64,000 bases of DNA. It comes from Octopus bimaculoides (Eukaryota). The position numbers and the translations under genes are program-made. The notes beneath the pieces are model-generated. The model ran no database searches. It had not been told where the DNA came from and worked only from the letters and a program-made list of their open reading frames with translations. Every line of letters begins with the position of its first letter. The first letter of the stretch is position 1. This document shows positions 51,937 to 64,000 of the stretch, in pieces. The stretch lies in assembly GCF_001194135.2 (NCBI RefSeq), contig NC_068995.1, forward strand, positions 56,521,860 through 56,585,859, given 5' to 3'.

Positions 51937-52958
51937 TAGATATACATGCATATACCTGTACACACACATGTGCATACACATAGACGTGCTCATATACACA
52001 CGCACACGAGCACACACACACACACATATATATATACACATACATCCCAAGACACATGCATGCAAGAGCACATACACACAGGCTTCTTCCCCCCCCACAC
52101 ATACACATATTCATACATGTAAACATTAACATTTTTGCAGACATAAGGACACATACATAAACACACAAATGCATATATTGAAACATGCAAGTATTAACAT
52201 TTTCACAGGCACACACACACACATACATGCATGCATGCACATACACACACCCACCCTTACACACACACACTAACATTCTGTATGTGTCTACATAACTTAA
52301 CATTTTTTTGTCATATCTGATGTAAATATACAGATGTGTCTATGAGCATGCATGTATTTCGTGTAGATAGGTAAACAAACCAGATAAATTCTAGATTAAA
52401 GACACATTAAAATTTATTTTCAATCACATGCAGTGCAGGGGGGGGGGGGCGAGGGTCAGTGAAGTATAAAAAAAAAAAGAAACAGAGACTGTTTCTCTAC
52501 TTTTTGTTCATTTGTGAAGATAGATTAAAATTCTAAACATGAACTGAAGTAGATAGAGCTTCTATATAATCTAGAAAAACTTGTATGCAAAACCTTGCAA
52601 TGTTTGATTGACAATGGGTAGCAATAAATAGCAAAAAAAGAGGGTTGATGGTGATGGAGTTTGCTGTAAGGATGCTGGTAGCAGCTGTGATGGAACTGAG
52701 AATGTTAGAGAGGAAGTTAACCAGAGATATAAAATTCAAATGATACGGGAAATGGATAAAATTGTAACCAGACAGCAAACTACATTATATTGGTAGAAAT
52801 GAGTCCAAGAATAATTGACTGGCTTTAAAATTACTATATACTTTATAGTAGATTTATAGTTTTAGAAATAGAAGAAATACACTGCTGAGGCAGTACCAAT
52901 AACTGCTGCATAGCTGGTGCTCCAACATGAGCAGAATTCTTGGGTTGAAGTTAATTAA

Positions 52959-53165
52959 TCCTTTAACATTCAGATTACGCAATTAAATGTAGCACTTATT
53001 TATTCACATTATTTTGAATTAATCATGCATTATCATATAGCTTTCAATGATGTGATTATTTTGTTTTTAAGAATGACATTTTCAGGACAAGTGTAAGAGG
53101 CCAGATCTTGCTAGCTTGAACATAAAACAAGCAGAGTATTTTGGTTGGATAAGGCTGGTTTTGAT
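52959..53165 (+). mobile_element. piggyBac-type (TTAA) MITE, same family as 3031 and about 58925-59095
   Basis: TTAA-TCCTTTAACATTCAGATTAC start; body TATTCACATTATTTTGAATTAATCATGCATTATC matches the other copies in reverse complement. Confidence 0.6.
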
Positions 53166-53174
53166 TCTGTCTTT

Positions 53175-53229
<55 letters not shown>

Positions 53230-53622
53230 ACAAAATAGTTTGATAGTGACTCTGAAGTTTCAGCTTACAAACCATCATTCAACATGCACTAAGAAAATGT
53301 ACTGAGTAATGTTTAATGCTTCATAAGTTTTACATATAAATTCACAAGTATTTATACACACGCACATGCATTTCTATATATATATATAAATATGGTAACT
53401 TCAGAGTTAGAGCTAGTTTTGACTTCAAAGTCACTGTCGATACTATTATTGTTAAAGACTAGTAAACTTGTACTCTACCAAATGTATTGAGTAATACATC
53501 AATTGAATTTAAAATTGTTTTATTATAACATAAAAAACAAATATTAATATTTAGTTATGTATATTTATACATATATACATTCATATACACACACATACAC
53601 AAATGCACAATATATATATATG

Positions 53623-53675
<53 letters not shown>

Positions 53676-53988
53676 TCATATTCATTCATGGATAAATATT
53701 TATATATATACGTATATATTTATCCATAAATGAATGTGTATATATACATAAATACACACACATATTCATTCATGGATATATAGATATATACATACACACA
53801 TATATAGTTATACATATACATATAAACACACACATACAAACAAAAGTAGATGTTAACAATTAAACACAGAAAAATAAATTGTAGACTCTGAAATACACTA
53901 AAATTAAAAATTCTGAAATATGTAATTAAATGACTTAGTGTGCATCATTGACAGACAAAGCTAGTAGTAGTAGTAGTGTTTATGTGTT

Positions 53989-54032
<44 letters not shown>

Positions 54033-54163
54033 AATAGAAATATCTTTACTCATACATATATCTGTGTGTATGTGTATCTATATAAATATAAATACACAGA
54101 CACATACAAGCCAGCATGGAAAAATATATGTTGAATGATGATAATGTTAATGATGATATATAT

Positions 54164-54195
<32 letters not shown>

Positions 54196-55017
54196 TTACC
54201 ATCCATTTGTTTGTTGCTAGCATGGGTTGGACAGAGTTTAGGAGGCAGATTTTCTATGAGCAGATGACCTTCCTGTCACCAATGTTCACTTGTTTCAAAG
54301 CAAGGTAATGTTTCCCCTTGGCCAGACATGATTTTGCAGAATATTGTATTGACAATGACATTCTTTTACAGCTATCACATGATGTCAAGTCAGGGACAGA
54401 CAGACACACACACACACACATGTATAAATACATATATACATGTGTATGTGTATATATATATATATATATAAATATATATAAATGTATGTATAGATAGATG
54501 GATATATGTATGCGTGTGTATATCTGTCTTTGTAGTAGGTGATAAAAGATATACAATTTCTGAATCTGTACATACATGCATGTACACATGCATAGACACA
54601 CATACAGGCATACAAGCACACATACAAGCTCACATACATACATGCAAGCATACATTCATGCATGCACACATACATACATATACATACACACATAGATGCA
54701 TGCATACACCCATCAGTATATACATACATAACTTGAAAAACAAACTCATGATCACTTAACATTTTTACATCCATTTTGGCATACAAGTGTGGCTGACATT
54801 AATATTTGCATGAATTATTGAAGCAAATGTAGCAAACATATAAATAATTTATAGTACATAAGACTATATTGGTAATAAAAATGGAAGCAAGTTTTAATGT
54901 TACAGCATTATAGAAATACACACACACATATATATACACATATATAAACATTAGAAGATGTAATGTGAAACAGCAAGACAGATTATGATAATTAATGACA
55001 CAGATTGTGCATTTCAG

Positions 55018-55048
<31 letters not shown>

Positions 55049-56173
55049 NNNNNNNNNNNNNNNNNNNNNNNNNNNNNNNNNNNNNNNNNNNNNNNNNNNN
55101 NNNNNNNNNNNNNNNNNNNNNNNNNNNNNNNNNNNNNNNNNNNNNNNNNNNNNNNNNNNNNNNNNNNNNNNNNNNNNNNNNNNNNNNNNNNNNNNNNNNN
55201 NNNNNNNNNNNNNNNNNNNNNNNNNNNNNNNNNNNNNNNNNNNNNNNNNNNNNNNNNNNNNNNNNNNNNNNNNNNNNNNNNNNNNNNNNNNNNNNNNNNN
55301 NNNNNNNNNNNNNNNNNNNNNNNNNNNNNNNNNNNNNNNNNNNNNNNNNNNNNNNNNNNNNNNNNNNNNNNNNNNNNNNNNNNNNNNNNNNNNNNNNNNN
55401 NNNNNNNNNNNNNNNNNNNNNNNNNNNNNNNNNNNNNNNNNNNNNNNNNNNNNNNNNNNNNNNNNNNNNNNNNNNNNNNNNNNNNNNNNNNNNNNNNNNN
55501 NNNNNNNNNNNNNNNNNNNNNNNNNNNNNNNNNNNNNNNNNNNNNNNNNNNNNNNNNNNNNNNNNNNNNNNNNNNNNNNNNNNNNNNNNNNNNNNNNNNN
55601 NNNNNNNNNNNNNNNNNNNNNNNNNNNNNNNNNNNNNNNNNNNNNNNNNNNNNNNNNNNNNNNNNNNNNNNNNNNNNNNNNNNNNNNNNNNNNNNNNNNN
55701 NNNNNNNNNNNNNNNNNNNNNNTATATATACATATATATATATATATATAAATATATAGTACAGAAAGAAGGAATGTATAATCATGTTCATATGATACTT
55801 TATTCACTTATGCATGTTTGCATGTTTTAAATGACTCAGTGGCCAGAATTCATTATAAATAATGTTTGACATGTTTAATTACGCTATTAGTTGATCAATT
55901 AACCAATCAATTTACAGAACAGCCACCTCCTAAGCCATTCTTCTCAAAATCCTTAAAGTTTACATATACCTTCATGTAAAGTCATATTTTTCACATCCCC
56001 ACTGAATATCTATTTTCATACATGTTTAGGAGGAGAATCTTCTTCTAGGACTATCTTCACAGCACAAGTTCTTCTCATGTCCAACTACACTCAACATGTT
56101 AAATGTGACTTTAATATATTTTATTTAATGCCACTTCATGCAACATTATTTGTATATGTATATACATATATAT

Positions 56174-56241
<68 letters not shown>

Positions 56242-56542
56242 GTTATAAATATTTTTTACCTATTTAATAAGTAACCAATTAACATCATGGGACACTAAAA
56301 TATTTTTCTCATCATTGCTCTGATTTGCTTAAGTAATACAAAAATGAATTTTTGTCATTATTTTTTTGATTATTATTCTTGTTATTTAAAAAAAAAAAAA
56401 ATGTTTCACCAATCTGAATTCCAAATACTTACATCTCAGTGGGTTTCAAGAAACTTTGCCAAAACTCTTTCAATAAATTCTGAGAAGGAATCATAAGGAG
56501 TTTTACTTACCTACAAAATAAAATTTAAAAAATAATAATAAA

Positions 56543-56880
56543 GACAAGTTCAATAAGTATAAGAATCTAAAAATTAAAATATAAAAGGTGTGGAATCTTA
56601 ATGTAAAAATCGTTCCTGTTATTGTAGGTGCCATTGGCATGATAAAAAAAAAATGCCAGAAACATCTTTGTAACATCCCAGGAGACCCAGGTTTAGATTG
56701 GGAAAAAACTGGGTAAAAACATTTATTCAAAATACCATGAAATGAGATTGAACCGTAAACCCACAGCATTAACTTCTATTATTATACAAACAAAATATAC
56801 CAAATTGAGAACCCATCTAACCCATTGAAAAATTGAAATGCAAGTGTAAAAATGATGATGAGTTGATGATGATAATAAAC
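56543..56880 (+). mobile_element. Dong/R4-like (restriction-like endonuclease) LINE 3' relic
   Basis: Translates DKFNKYKNLKIKI*KVWNLNVKIVPVIVGAIGMIKKKCQKHLCNIPGDPGL, matching the KxxKYxDL...W...PVIVGALG segment of RLE-type non-LTR elements; has an in-frame stop. The 3' boundary is approximate. Confidence 0.7.
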
Positions 56881-57944
56881 TGGAATGGAAAACTAGTAAG
56901 AATGAAGCACTTTATTACTTTTAAGTTCCATACCAAAATAAAATTGGGAAAATATATTACATCAACTCTATTGTTATGTTTAAAAGAAGAAAAATGTGAA
57001 TCCTGGGTTTAAGTATTGAAACACAGCATTTTCTAAGAAATCATGTGAACTTCAAATGTAGAAAAGATTAGTTCTTAAATAATTTTTGTCAGAGTGAAAT
57101 GAGAAAGAAACAATAAAGAAAAGAGAAAAATGTTTTCATTCTTTGAATTAAAAAAATATAATAATAAATATTTTTGAAACTTAAACAAATTTTCAAAATA
57201 ACTTGGTTAATCTTGCAATAATGAGATCTGCAAAATGTTTTAGATATAAATTTCTAGTGTTTAGAATTAAAAAAAAAAAGTATTGCTTTATATTTAAACA
57301 AAGAGAACAATGATCTCTGGAAATTGCAATTTTTTTCATAAAATTGCTGACGAGTGAGAGCATTGAAAAGTTCCCCACCCCATTATTCAAGGTTAATGAG
57401 ACCCTGCAAAGATACCCAAAGCATTTACAAGCCAACATGTGGATGAGTGCTCATAATTTTTCACTTTAATTGTGAACAGTTACAATTAATGAAAAAAAAA
57501 AACATTTTTTTATGAATATCTGATCTTGAATTAAAATGTAAAAAAAAAAAGTTAATTATTAAAAGGCTAAAAGCTAATAAGGTTCTAATGAGGCTGGAAA
57601 ATAGAACTACTTAGAAATTAATGAAAGAAGCAGTGAAAATGCTTCCTAATGCTTCAGGGACAAAGATAGCAGGAAAAAAATAACTCCCGAAAAACTCGGC
57701 ATTAATACTAAACAAAGCTGGATAAAATTATGTAAAAACAGTAATAAAAAATCGAAAAACAAAAATGCAGCAAAACAATGCTATGAATAATCAGGGTAGT
57801 AAAGTTGTAAAAGTATTCCAAAATAAACTAAATAATTAGTTTACAAGTAAAATCCAGTAGAATACAGGTCATAAGTTCAAATCTGAAATTATGCCAAAAC
57901 ACTGAGAATTAAATAATTTTTTTCTAATTTTGACACAATGCCAG

Positions 57945-58270
57945 CAATTTTGAAAGAAGCAGGGAAATAGATTACAATGACTCCAGAGCTCAACTGCTAC
58001 TTACTTTGTTGACCCTGAAAAGAAGAAAGGCAAAGTTGACCTCATCAGCATTTTGAACTCAGAACATAAAGCGTTGGAAGTTAAGCTTTTTATCTGCCAA
58101 TGTAAAAACTCTGCTAGCCTGGTGCCTTAATAATAACAAGTCCATCTACACTGGGTGGAAGGCCTGAAATTTGTGGGGAGGGGCTAGTCGATTATTTTAA
58201 ACCCCAGTGTGCAACTGGTACTTATTTTATTGATTTTGAAAGGATGAAAGGTAAACGCAACCTCGGCAGA
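57945..58270 (-). mobile_element. two tandem SINE family C copies
   Basis: The central domain occurs twice in reverse complement (about 58015-58070 and about 58200-58270). Confidence 0.65.
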
Positions 58271-61200
58271 TAATGTTATTATTATTTCTCTTCTGATATT
58301 ATTTCTCTTCTGATAGTTTCTGTTACCTAGGTGATGTATTTGGTATTGGACAGGGGTGGTGGTGGGTGGCTGTAGAGGAAGAATAGAGAGTAAGTAAAAA
58401 AGGCTTGGAAAAGTTCAAAAGAGTTGTTGCTTTGTTGGTAATAAAGGGTTTTCTTTCTTCAATACCAAAGTAGACTGCACAGAGTCTACTTTGGTATGTG
58501 ATGTGGTTCAGTACGGGGGACATGGGCATGGAATATGGAAGAAAATACTGAGGGTATGTGAGATAAATAAGAAGAAAAAGCTTAATCCTTTTGATGTGTA
58601 ATATTAAGCAGCATGAAAGGAAGAATACAATTCAAGTGAAAGAGAGAGGTTTGGCTTTAAAAGACATCGACTGAAGTGCAAAGAGAGAAAAACTTAACTG
58701 TGCTGGTGTGAGCTTGTAATAGAAATGAACAATGAATGCTGGATAAAAAAAAAAAAAATGATACATGCTTGATGCTATTAAAGAGTAGATAAGGAAGTGG
58801 AACAAGGACATCTTGGCAGTGCTATAACCTTTCTTCACTGCTGTCTACTACATACTTGACCATAGCATTATCTTTGGGTCCTCAGGCCCATGGAGCTCGC
58901 TGGGCAAGGCAAATGTCTAGAAGCCAAAATATTCCACTTGTTTTATTTTCAAACTGGCCAGATCCAGCCTTTCACGCATACCCTATAATGTCACATCATT
59001 GAAATCTTGAAGATAATGCATGATTAATTGAAAACAATGTGAACAAATAAGAATTACATTTGAGAGAAAAATCAGAATGCAAAAGAGTTTATCCTTATGA
59101 TGATGCGGCATGCAACACACCTGGATCTTTTACTTACAGTACGATCCATGGGACAGGCTTTCATCCACTCCAATCTCCCTATAAAGATTTGAGTTGACCC
59201 AAGGCTGTAGTAAAATACATTTACCCAAGGTGCCAAAAGGGGGAATCAGACGTAGGACGTTGTGATTGCAAGGCTAACTTCTTAGTTGTTGGTTTTATGG
59301 TTTTTGAGAAAAATTTAAATATCTGTTATTTATCTTTTATTTGTTTCAGTCAAAGGATTGCGGCCATGCTGGAGCACTGTCTTGGAGTGTTGAACAGATT
59401 GACTCCAATACTTACTTTCAAATCTGGTATTTATAGAATAAGTACCAGATTTAGTACCCCATAACTTAGAAATTCAGCAGAAGTTGAAGAAGAGAAATCA
59501 GCAGAATTTTACATCCTCTAAATAAAAAAAAAAACGGCTACAACTTGAAACACGGAGTAAATAAAAGAGGACAACTGATGAAGGGATTGTTCTTTATGTT
59601 GCCTGTCTCGTTTCTCTATTTGTTTCTTTCGTTGTCTGAAAAAAAGTTCAGTTTCCATGTTTTTGTTGTGTTTTATGTTCTCGTTTTTCATTTTGATCAC
59701 GTTTTTTTGACATATATTATTTATATTATTATTTATATATATATATATATCTTGGTTAACAAGGCTATTATTGGTTTCATGCTGTGAATTCTCATCAATT
59801 ATCACGCTTGTCACATNNNNNNNNNNNNNNNNNNNNNNNNNNNNNNNNNNNNNNNNNNNNNNNNNNNNNNNNNNNNNNNNNNNNNNNNNNNNNNNNNNNN
59901 NNNNNNNNNNNNNNNNATCCAAAAAAAAAGGGTTTTGTATGATCGTGTATAGAGGAATATATTATTTTATTTAAAAGAGTTCCAACTCTGTTTTTTATGT
60001 TTTTTATTTATATTCTTGTAAAATTTATGTGGGATATAGAATATGGAATATATAATATATAATATAAAAAAAAGAGATGGATGGTACAATGAAATGAAGT
60101 ATTGAATGTCTTATTGAATATATGGAATATGTCTTATTGAATATATGAAATATTGAGTGTTCAATATAAAGGATTAAATATATAAATATATAAAGGTGAA
60201 TATGTATTTTCTATACCTTGTGGTATTTCATCATGGCCGGTATGACAGACTGTAACATATATATATATATATATATAAACATACATATATATGTATGTAT
60301 ATATAAAACAAGCTTCCCCGCAGTTTCCCTCTACGAAATTCTCCCACAAGGCATTGGTTGGCCCACAGCTATTGTAGAAGACACTTTCCCAAAGTGCTAT
60401 GCAAGCTTCTTAAGCACACAGCCATGATACCATTTACATATATATATATACATACACACACACATACACATATAAATCATGTATGCACATAGCTACACAT
60501 AGATGCACAAAGAATGCACAACAAACAGATGTACAGTTTTTCCATGCTCAGAAGAAGTAGTTTGCTTATTTGAGTGAATCAGAAGTTATTTATCACTCTG
60601 TAAATAAAGATACGTGTAAGTGTATATTGTAATGGAGAAGATTAGTTCATCCTGTCAGAGATGGTGAAGAAAGCAAAAAAGACGCCTAGCAACAGAGTGG
60701 AATGGCTTGTAAGTTCTGAGAAAAGATTGAGCATTTAGTATGTAAATAGGATGGTCTGCAGAGGTCAACTGGGAAAAACTTTTAAACTTAAGCACAGCAA
60801 CAACATGTCCACAAACAGAGATTAACAACAACAACAACAACAACAACAAAGCAAATAAAAACAAACAAAAAAAAATGAAAACAATCATTAACAATACAAC
60901 AGAACATTATTGCCATTTTTTTCTCCTTCTAAGCAAAGACAAAAATATTTAAGAAAAATGTTATACTTTGTTACATATATATATATGCATGTATGTGTGT
61001 GTGTGTGTATATATATGTGCGTATGTATACATATATGTATGCATAAGTGCATGTATATATATATATCTGTGTGTCTGTGTTTTTTTTAAATCTTCAGGGT
61101 AAATAATGAAATGAAATATCCTTTTCTGGGCTGATGGAGATAAGGCAGCTTCTATATCAGTAGGCTGATAAAACATGCATTAATAACCATTGACAGCAGG

Positions 61201-61459
61201 GAAGGAAGAGGAGGAGCTGTGGGGTAGGGGAAAAGGAAGAGTTTGGATACACATGAATGGCTTTTGAAATCCTTCAAAGATCAAATTATAGAAATAGGGG
61301 AAAAGGGAGATAACTACTAATCTTGGCAAGAAGAAACAAGGTGAAATGCTAAGAAATGGGGAAAAAAAACAAAACAAAAATGCATGGTTGATGATGATGA
61401 TGATGATGGAACAGTAATATAAGTAGAAGTGAAATGAAGAGCAGGAAGTATGTGAGTGA

Positions 61460-61495
<36 letters not shown>

Positions 61496-62484
61496 GTTGG
61501 GGGTATTTGGAAAATAATATCAAAGTAGAAAGGGAAATGAGAAGAAAAAATATATATCTAGTAAAATATGAAAGGGTAATAATAAATAGAATACGGACTG
61601 AAAAATAAATGAGTTAAAAAAACAAACAAACAGAAAAATAAATTAAAAACTAGAAAAATAAATTGAGAGATAAATGAATGAGAAAATAAACTAGACAGAG
61701 AAGAGGAGAGTAAGGAGAGATGGGGGAAAGAGAAGGAGGAAAGTGTGGCACATGAATAGTACCAGGAAGACTGATGATGATGATGATGATGACTGTGAAT
61801 GGAATTGAGTTGATGGTTGAGAGTGAAGTAAATGAGAAAACAGAGAGAAAGAGAGAGAGAGAGAGGGGGAGAAGAAGAGAGAGCGAGGGGGAGAAGGAAA
61901 AGATGTATTTAAAAAAAAAGGGTGGGAGAGGAGAAATTGCAGTAGATGGATGGGTTCTAAGGAAAGCAAGAATGGTAAAAGCATGGCAAAGAGGGGCTGA
62001 ATGGAAAAGCAAAGAAAGAAGGGAGACAGAAGATAAGAAATGGATAGAAAACATGGAGAATTTATCCAATCTAGTTTTGGTAAATAATAGAAAGGAAAAA
62101 ACGAAACTTTGAGAGAACTGAGGAAGAGAGAACAACAACAACAACAACAACAAGAACAGCAATAATGAGATAGAGAGAGAAGAAAAGGAAAGCTAACAAA
62201 TATCTCTTCAAGAGATTACTATCTGCTGTTACCTTGGTAACCTCAGGCTGTCTGAGTTCAATGGACACTTGTAAGGGATAAAGGCAAGCAGACAAGTGGA
62301 CAGAGCGCTTGTTGTTTATTTAGCCCCAGCTTATTCTAAAGATTGAGTTTCTCGGACACAGTTTGCTGGAAAACTGAGAGGACAATAGCATAAGGCATAT
62401 ATGATACATACATACATATACAGACATACATATACATACACAAATGTACATGCATATACATACATATATGTTGTACAGATTTAC

Positions 62485-62580
62485 TGTTTACTAGTTTCAG
62501 TCACTGGACTGCAGCCAAAGTTACCATGCTGTGGTACCATGTGGTTGGGAAGCAAGCTTCTTACCACACAGCCACTCCTG
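62485..62580 (-). mobile_element. ~95-bp mini family A SINE (head fused directly to tail)
   Basis: Reverse complement GAGTGGCTGTGTGGTAAGAAGCTTGCTTCCCAACCACATGG joined to GGCTGCAGTCCAGTGACTGAAACTAGTAAAC. Confidence 0.65.
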
Positions 62581-62619
62581 TACCGGTATATATATATATA
62601 TATATATATATATAATGCA

Positions 62620-63460
62620 CACACGCATACGTTTATGTTTTTGTTGTCCCCCAGCACCACTTGATAACTAATGTTGGTTTGTTTACAAACTCTAAAAAAA
62701 GAAGTACTGGGGTTGATTTGTTTCACTAAAACCTTTGGTGCCCAACATGGCCTCAGCCCAAGAAGGGAAACAAGTAAAATAAAAAAAGAAAAAGTATAAC
62801 AGGTGTGGCTGTGTGGTAAGAAGCTTGCTTCCCAATCACATGGGTCCAGGTTCAATCTCACTGCATGGCACCTTGGGCAAGTGTCTTCTATTATAACCTC
62901 AGATCGACCAAAGCCTTTTGAGTAGATTTGGTAGATGGAAACTGAAAGTAGCCCGTCGTATATATATATAGATATATATATATATATATATAGATATAGA
63001 TATATATATATATAGATATATAGTTGTTAAAGAAGAGGTCAAGTATTAAGGCAAGGCAAGGCAAACATCTCAAGTTATATGCATTATCATTAGTGAAAAA
63101 AAAAATTCAAAGCCTTACAGCTGTTTATGGGGTATTCCGACATCAGAGACAAATAGGGAGAAGGAGAAGGGTATAGATTAATGAAATGATGAAGAGGATA
63201 GGAGTAAAGGAAGGAGGTGAAGAGAGAGAAGAAAAAAGATGCAGGTATATATTTATGTGTGTTTGTTTCCCTGGCATTGCTTGACAACCGATGTTGGTGT
63301 GTTTATGTCCCTGTAACTTAGTGGTTTGGCAACAGAGATCTAATAGAATAAGTACTAGGCTTACAAAGAATAAGTCCTGAGGGCGATTTGTTTGACTAAA
63401 GCCCTTTAAGGCAGTGCTCCAGCATGGCCACAGTCACTGAAACAAGTGAAAGAATAAAAG
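62620..63460 (+). mobile_element. SINE family A cluster: 3' half (62620-62790), then a full copy (62798-63460) with a ~230-bp insert in its centre
   Basis: Tail ...GAAACAAGTAAAATAAAA is followed directly by head GGTGTGGCTGTGTGGTAAGAAGCTTGC with B-box GGTTCAATCTC; the 3' half resumes at about 63255. Confidence 0.75.
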
Positions 63461-64000
63461 CGTACTTGAGAAGGACACCAATATTATCTGTAGCAATAAG
63501 GATATCACATGAAGAAGACAAGATGACTGTGAATAGATTCAGAATATGACTGAAGCAAAAATGGATCAGTATTTTGAATAACGATCTTATCCTTATTTAT
63601 ATAAATTTATATATATANNNNNNNNNNGATTGTGAGCCTGGTGCTCTAACTGCTGAGCCATGTACCTTCACATATAGCAAATTTAAATGCTAAAGGTTTA
63701 AATGGAACCAGAATTCTGAGGTTAACATCATATATATTCATATATAAATATAGTATTTGTGTTTCAAATTGTAGATTAACAAAAAAAAACATGAAAGTAT
63801 GCGTTTAAACACACACACACACACACACACCTATGTGGATCTATTATCATTTAAATGCAATTTGTCAAAAAGAAATTCTTCCTAATACGAATATATGATG
63901 ACTCAGCTGTAGGACATTCAATTATCAATACTGAAAAAGAAGAAAAAAAACGTAATAACAGTTTTGTATTAGTTTTGTTAAAAATAAAAGTATGATGGCT

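Noticed and set aside
9583-55807. Long ORFs in the track containing X runs or YI/CV/TH/SL dipeptide repeats
   Set aside because: They are translations of N gaps and dinucleotide microsatellites, not genes.
57300-57395. Minus-strand GLINLE*WGGELFNALTRQQFYEKNC resembling kinase subdomain V (GGELF), behind a good acceptor
   Set aside because: In-frame stop just upstream of the motif, no donor, and no other kinase exons found; likely chance.
59138-59178. Candidate 41-nt minus-strand exon (RLEWMKACPMDRT)
   Set aside because: Its acceptor lies in a decayed SINE A copy and there is no independent support.
61560-62200. ~640-bp A/G-rich stretch giving 112-170 aa ORFs
   Set aside because: Low-complexity polypurine DNA; the translations are compositionally biased (K/E/R or F/S/L) without domain features.
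1-64000. CRISPR array, rRNA, or prokaryotic operon structure
   Set aside because: No repeat-spacer arrays, rRNA-like sequence or dense coding; the sequence is eukaryotic non-coding DNA.

Overview
AT-rich eukaryotic genomic DNA dominated by microsatellites ((TA)n, (CA)n, (GA)n, (AAT)n, (GAT)n) and interspersed repeats, with 12 assembly gaps, most of them bordered by (TA)n. The repeat families (tRNA-headed SINEs with an internal microsatellite, RTE and Dong/R4 LINE relics, TTAA MITEs) look like those of octopus/cephalopod genomes; this is inferred from recall, not from a search. I could not confidently identify any host protein-coding gene. Essentially all ORFs in the supplied track are microsatellite, gap or low-complexity artefacts. 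Recognisable coding relics are transposon fossils: a mariner transposase C-terminus, three different RTE-clade LINE 3' ends, and a Dong/R4-like endonuclease region. The most notable non-obvious structures are: (1) a ~250-bp inverted repeat at 37.7-38.0 kb whose arms each carry a minimal Penelope-type hammerhead ribozyme motif, one with an intact catalytic core; (2) a head-to-head fold-back of two RTE 3' ends at 29.9-30.5 kb; (3) a CpG-rich, apparently young RTE copy spanning the 45.7-46.5 kb gap; (4) weak, unproven minus-strand splice-signal candidates (microexons and a recursive-splice-like site).
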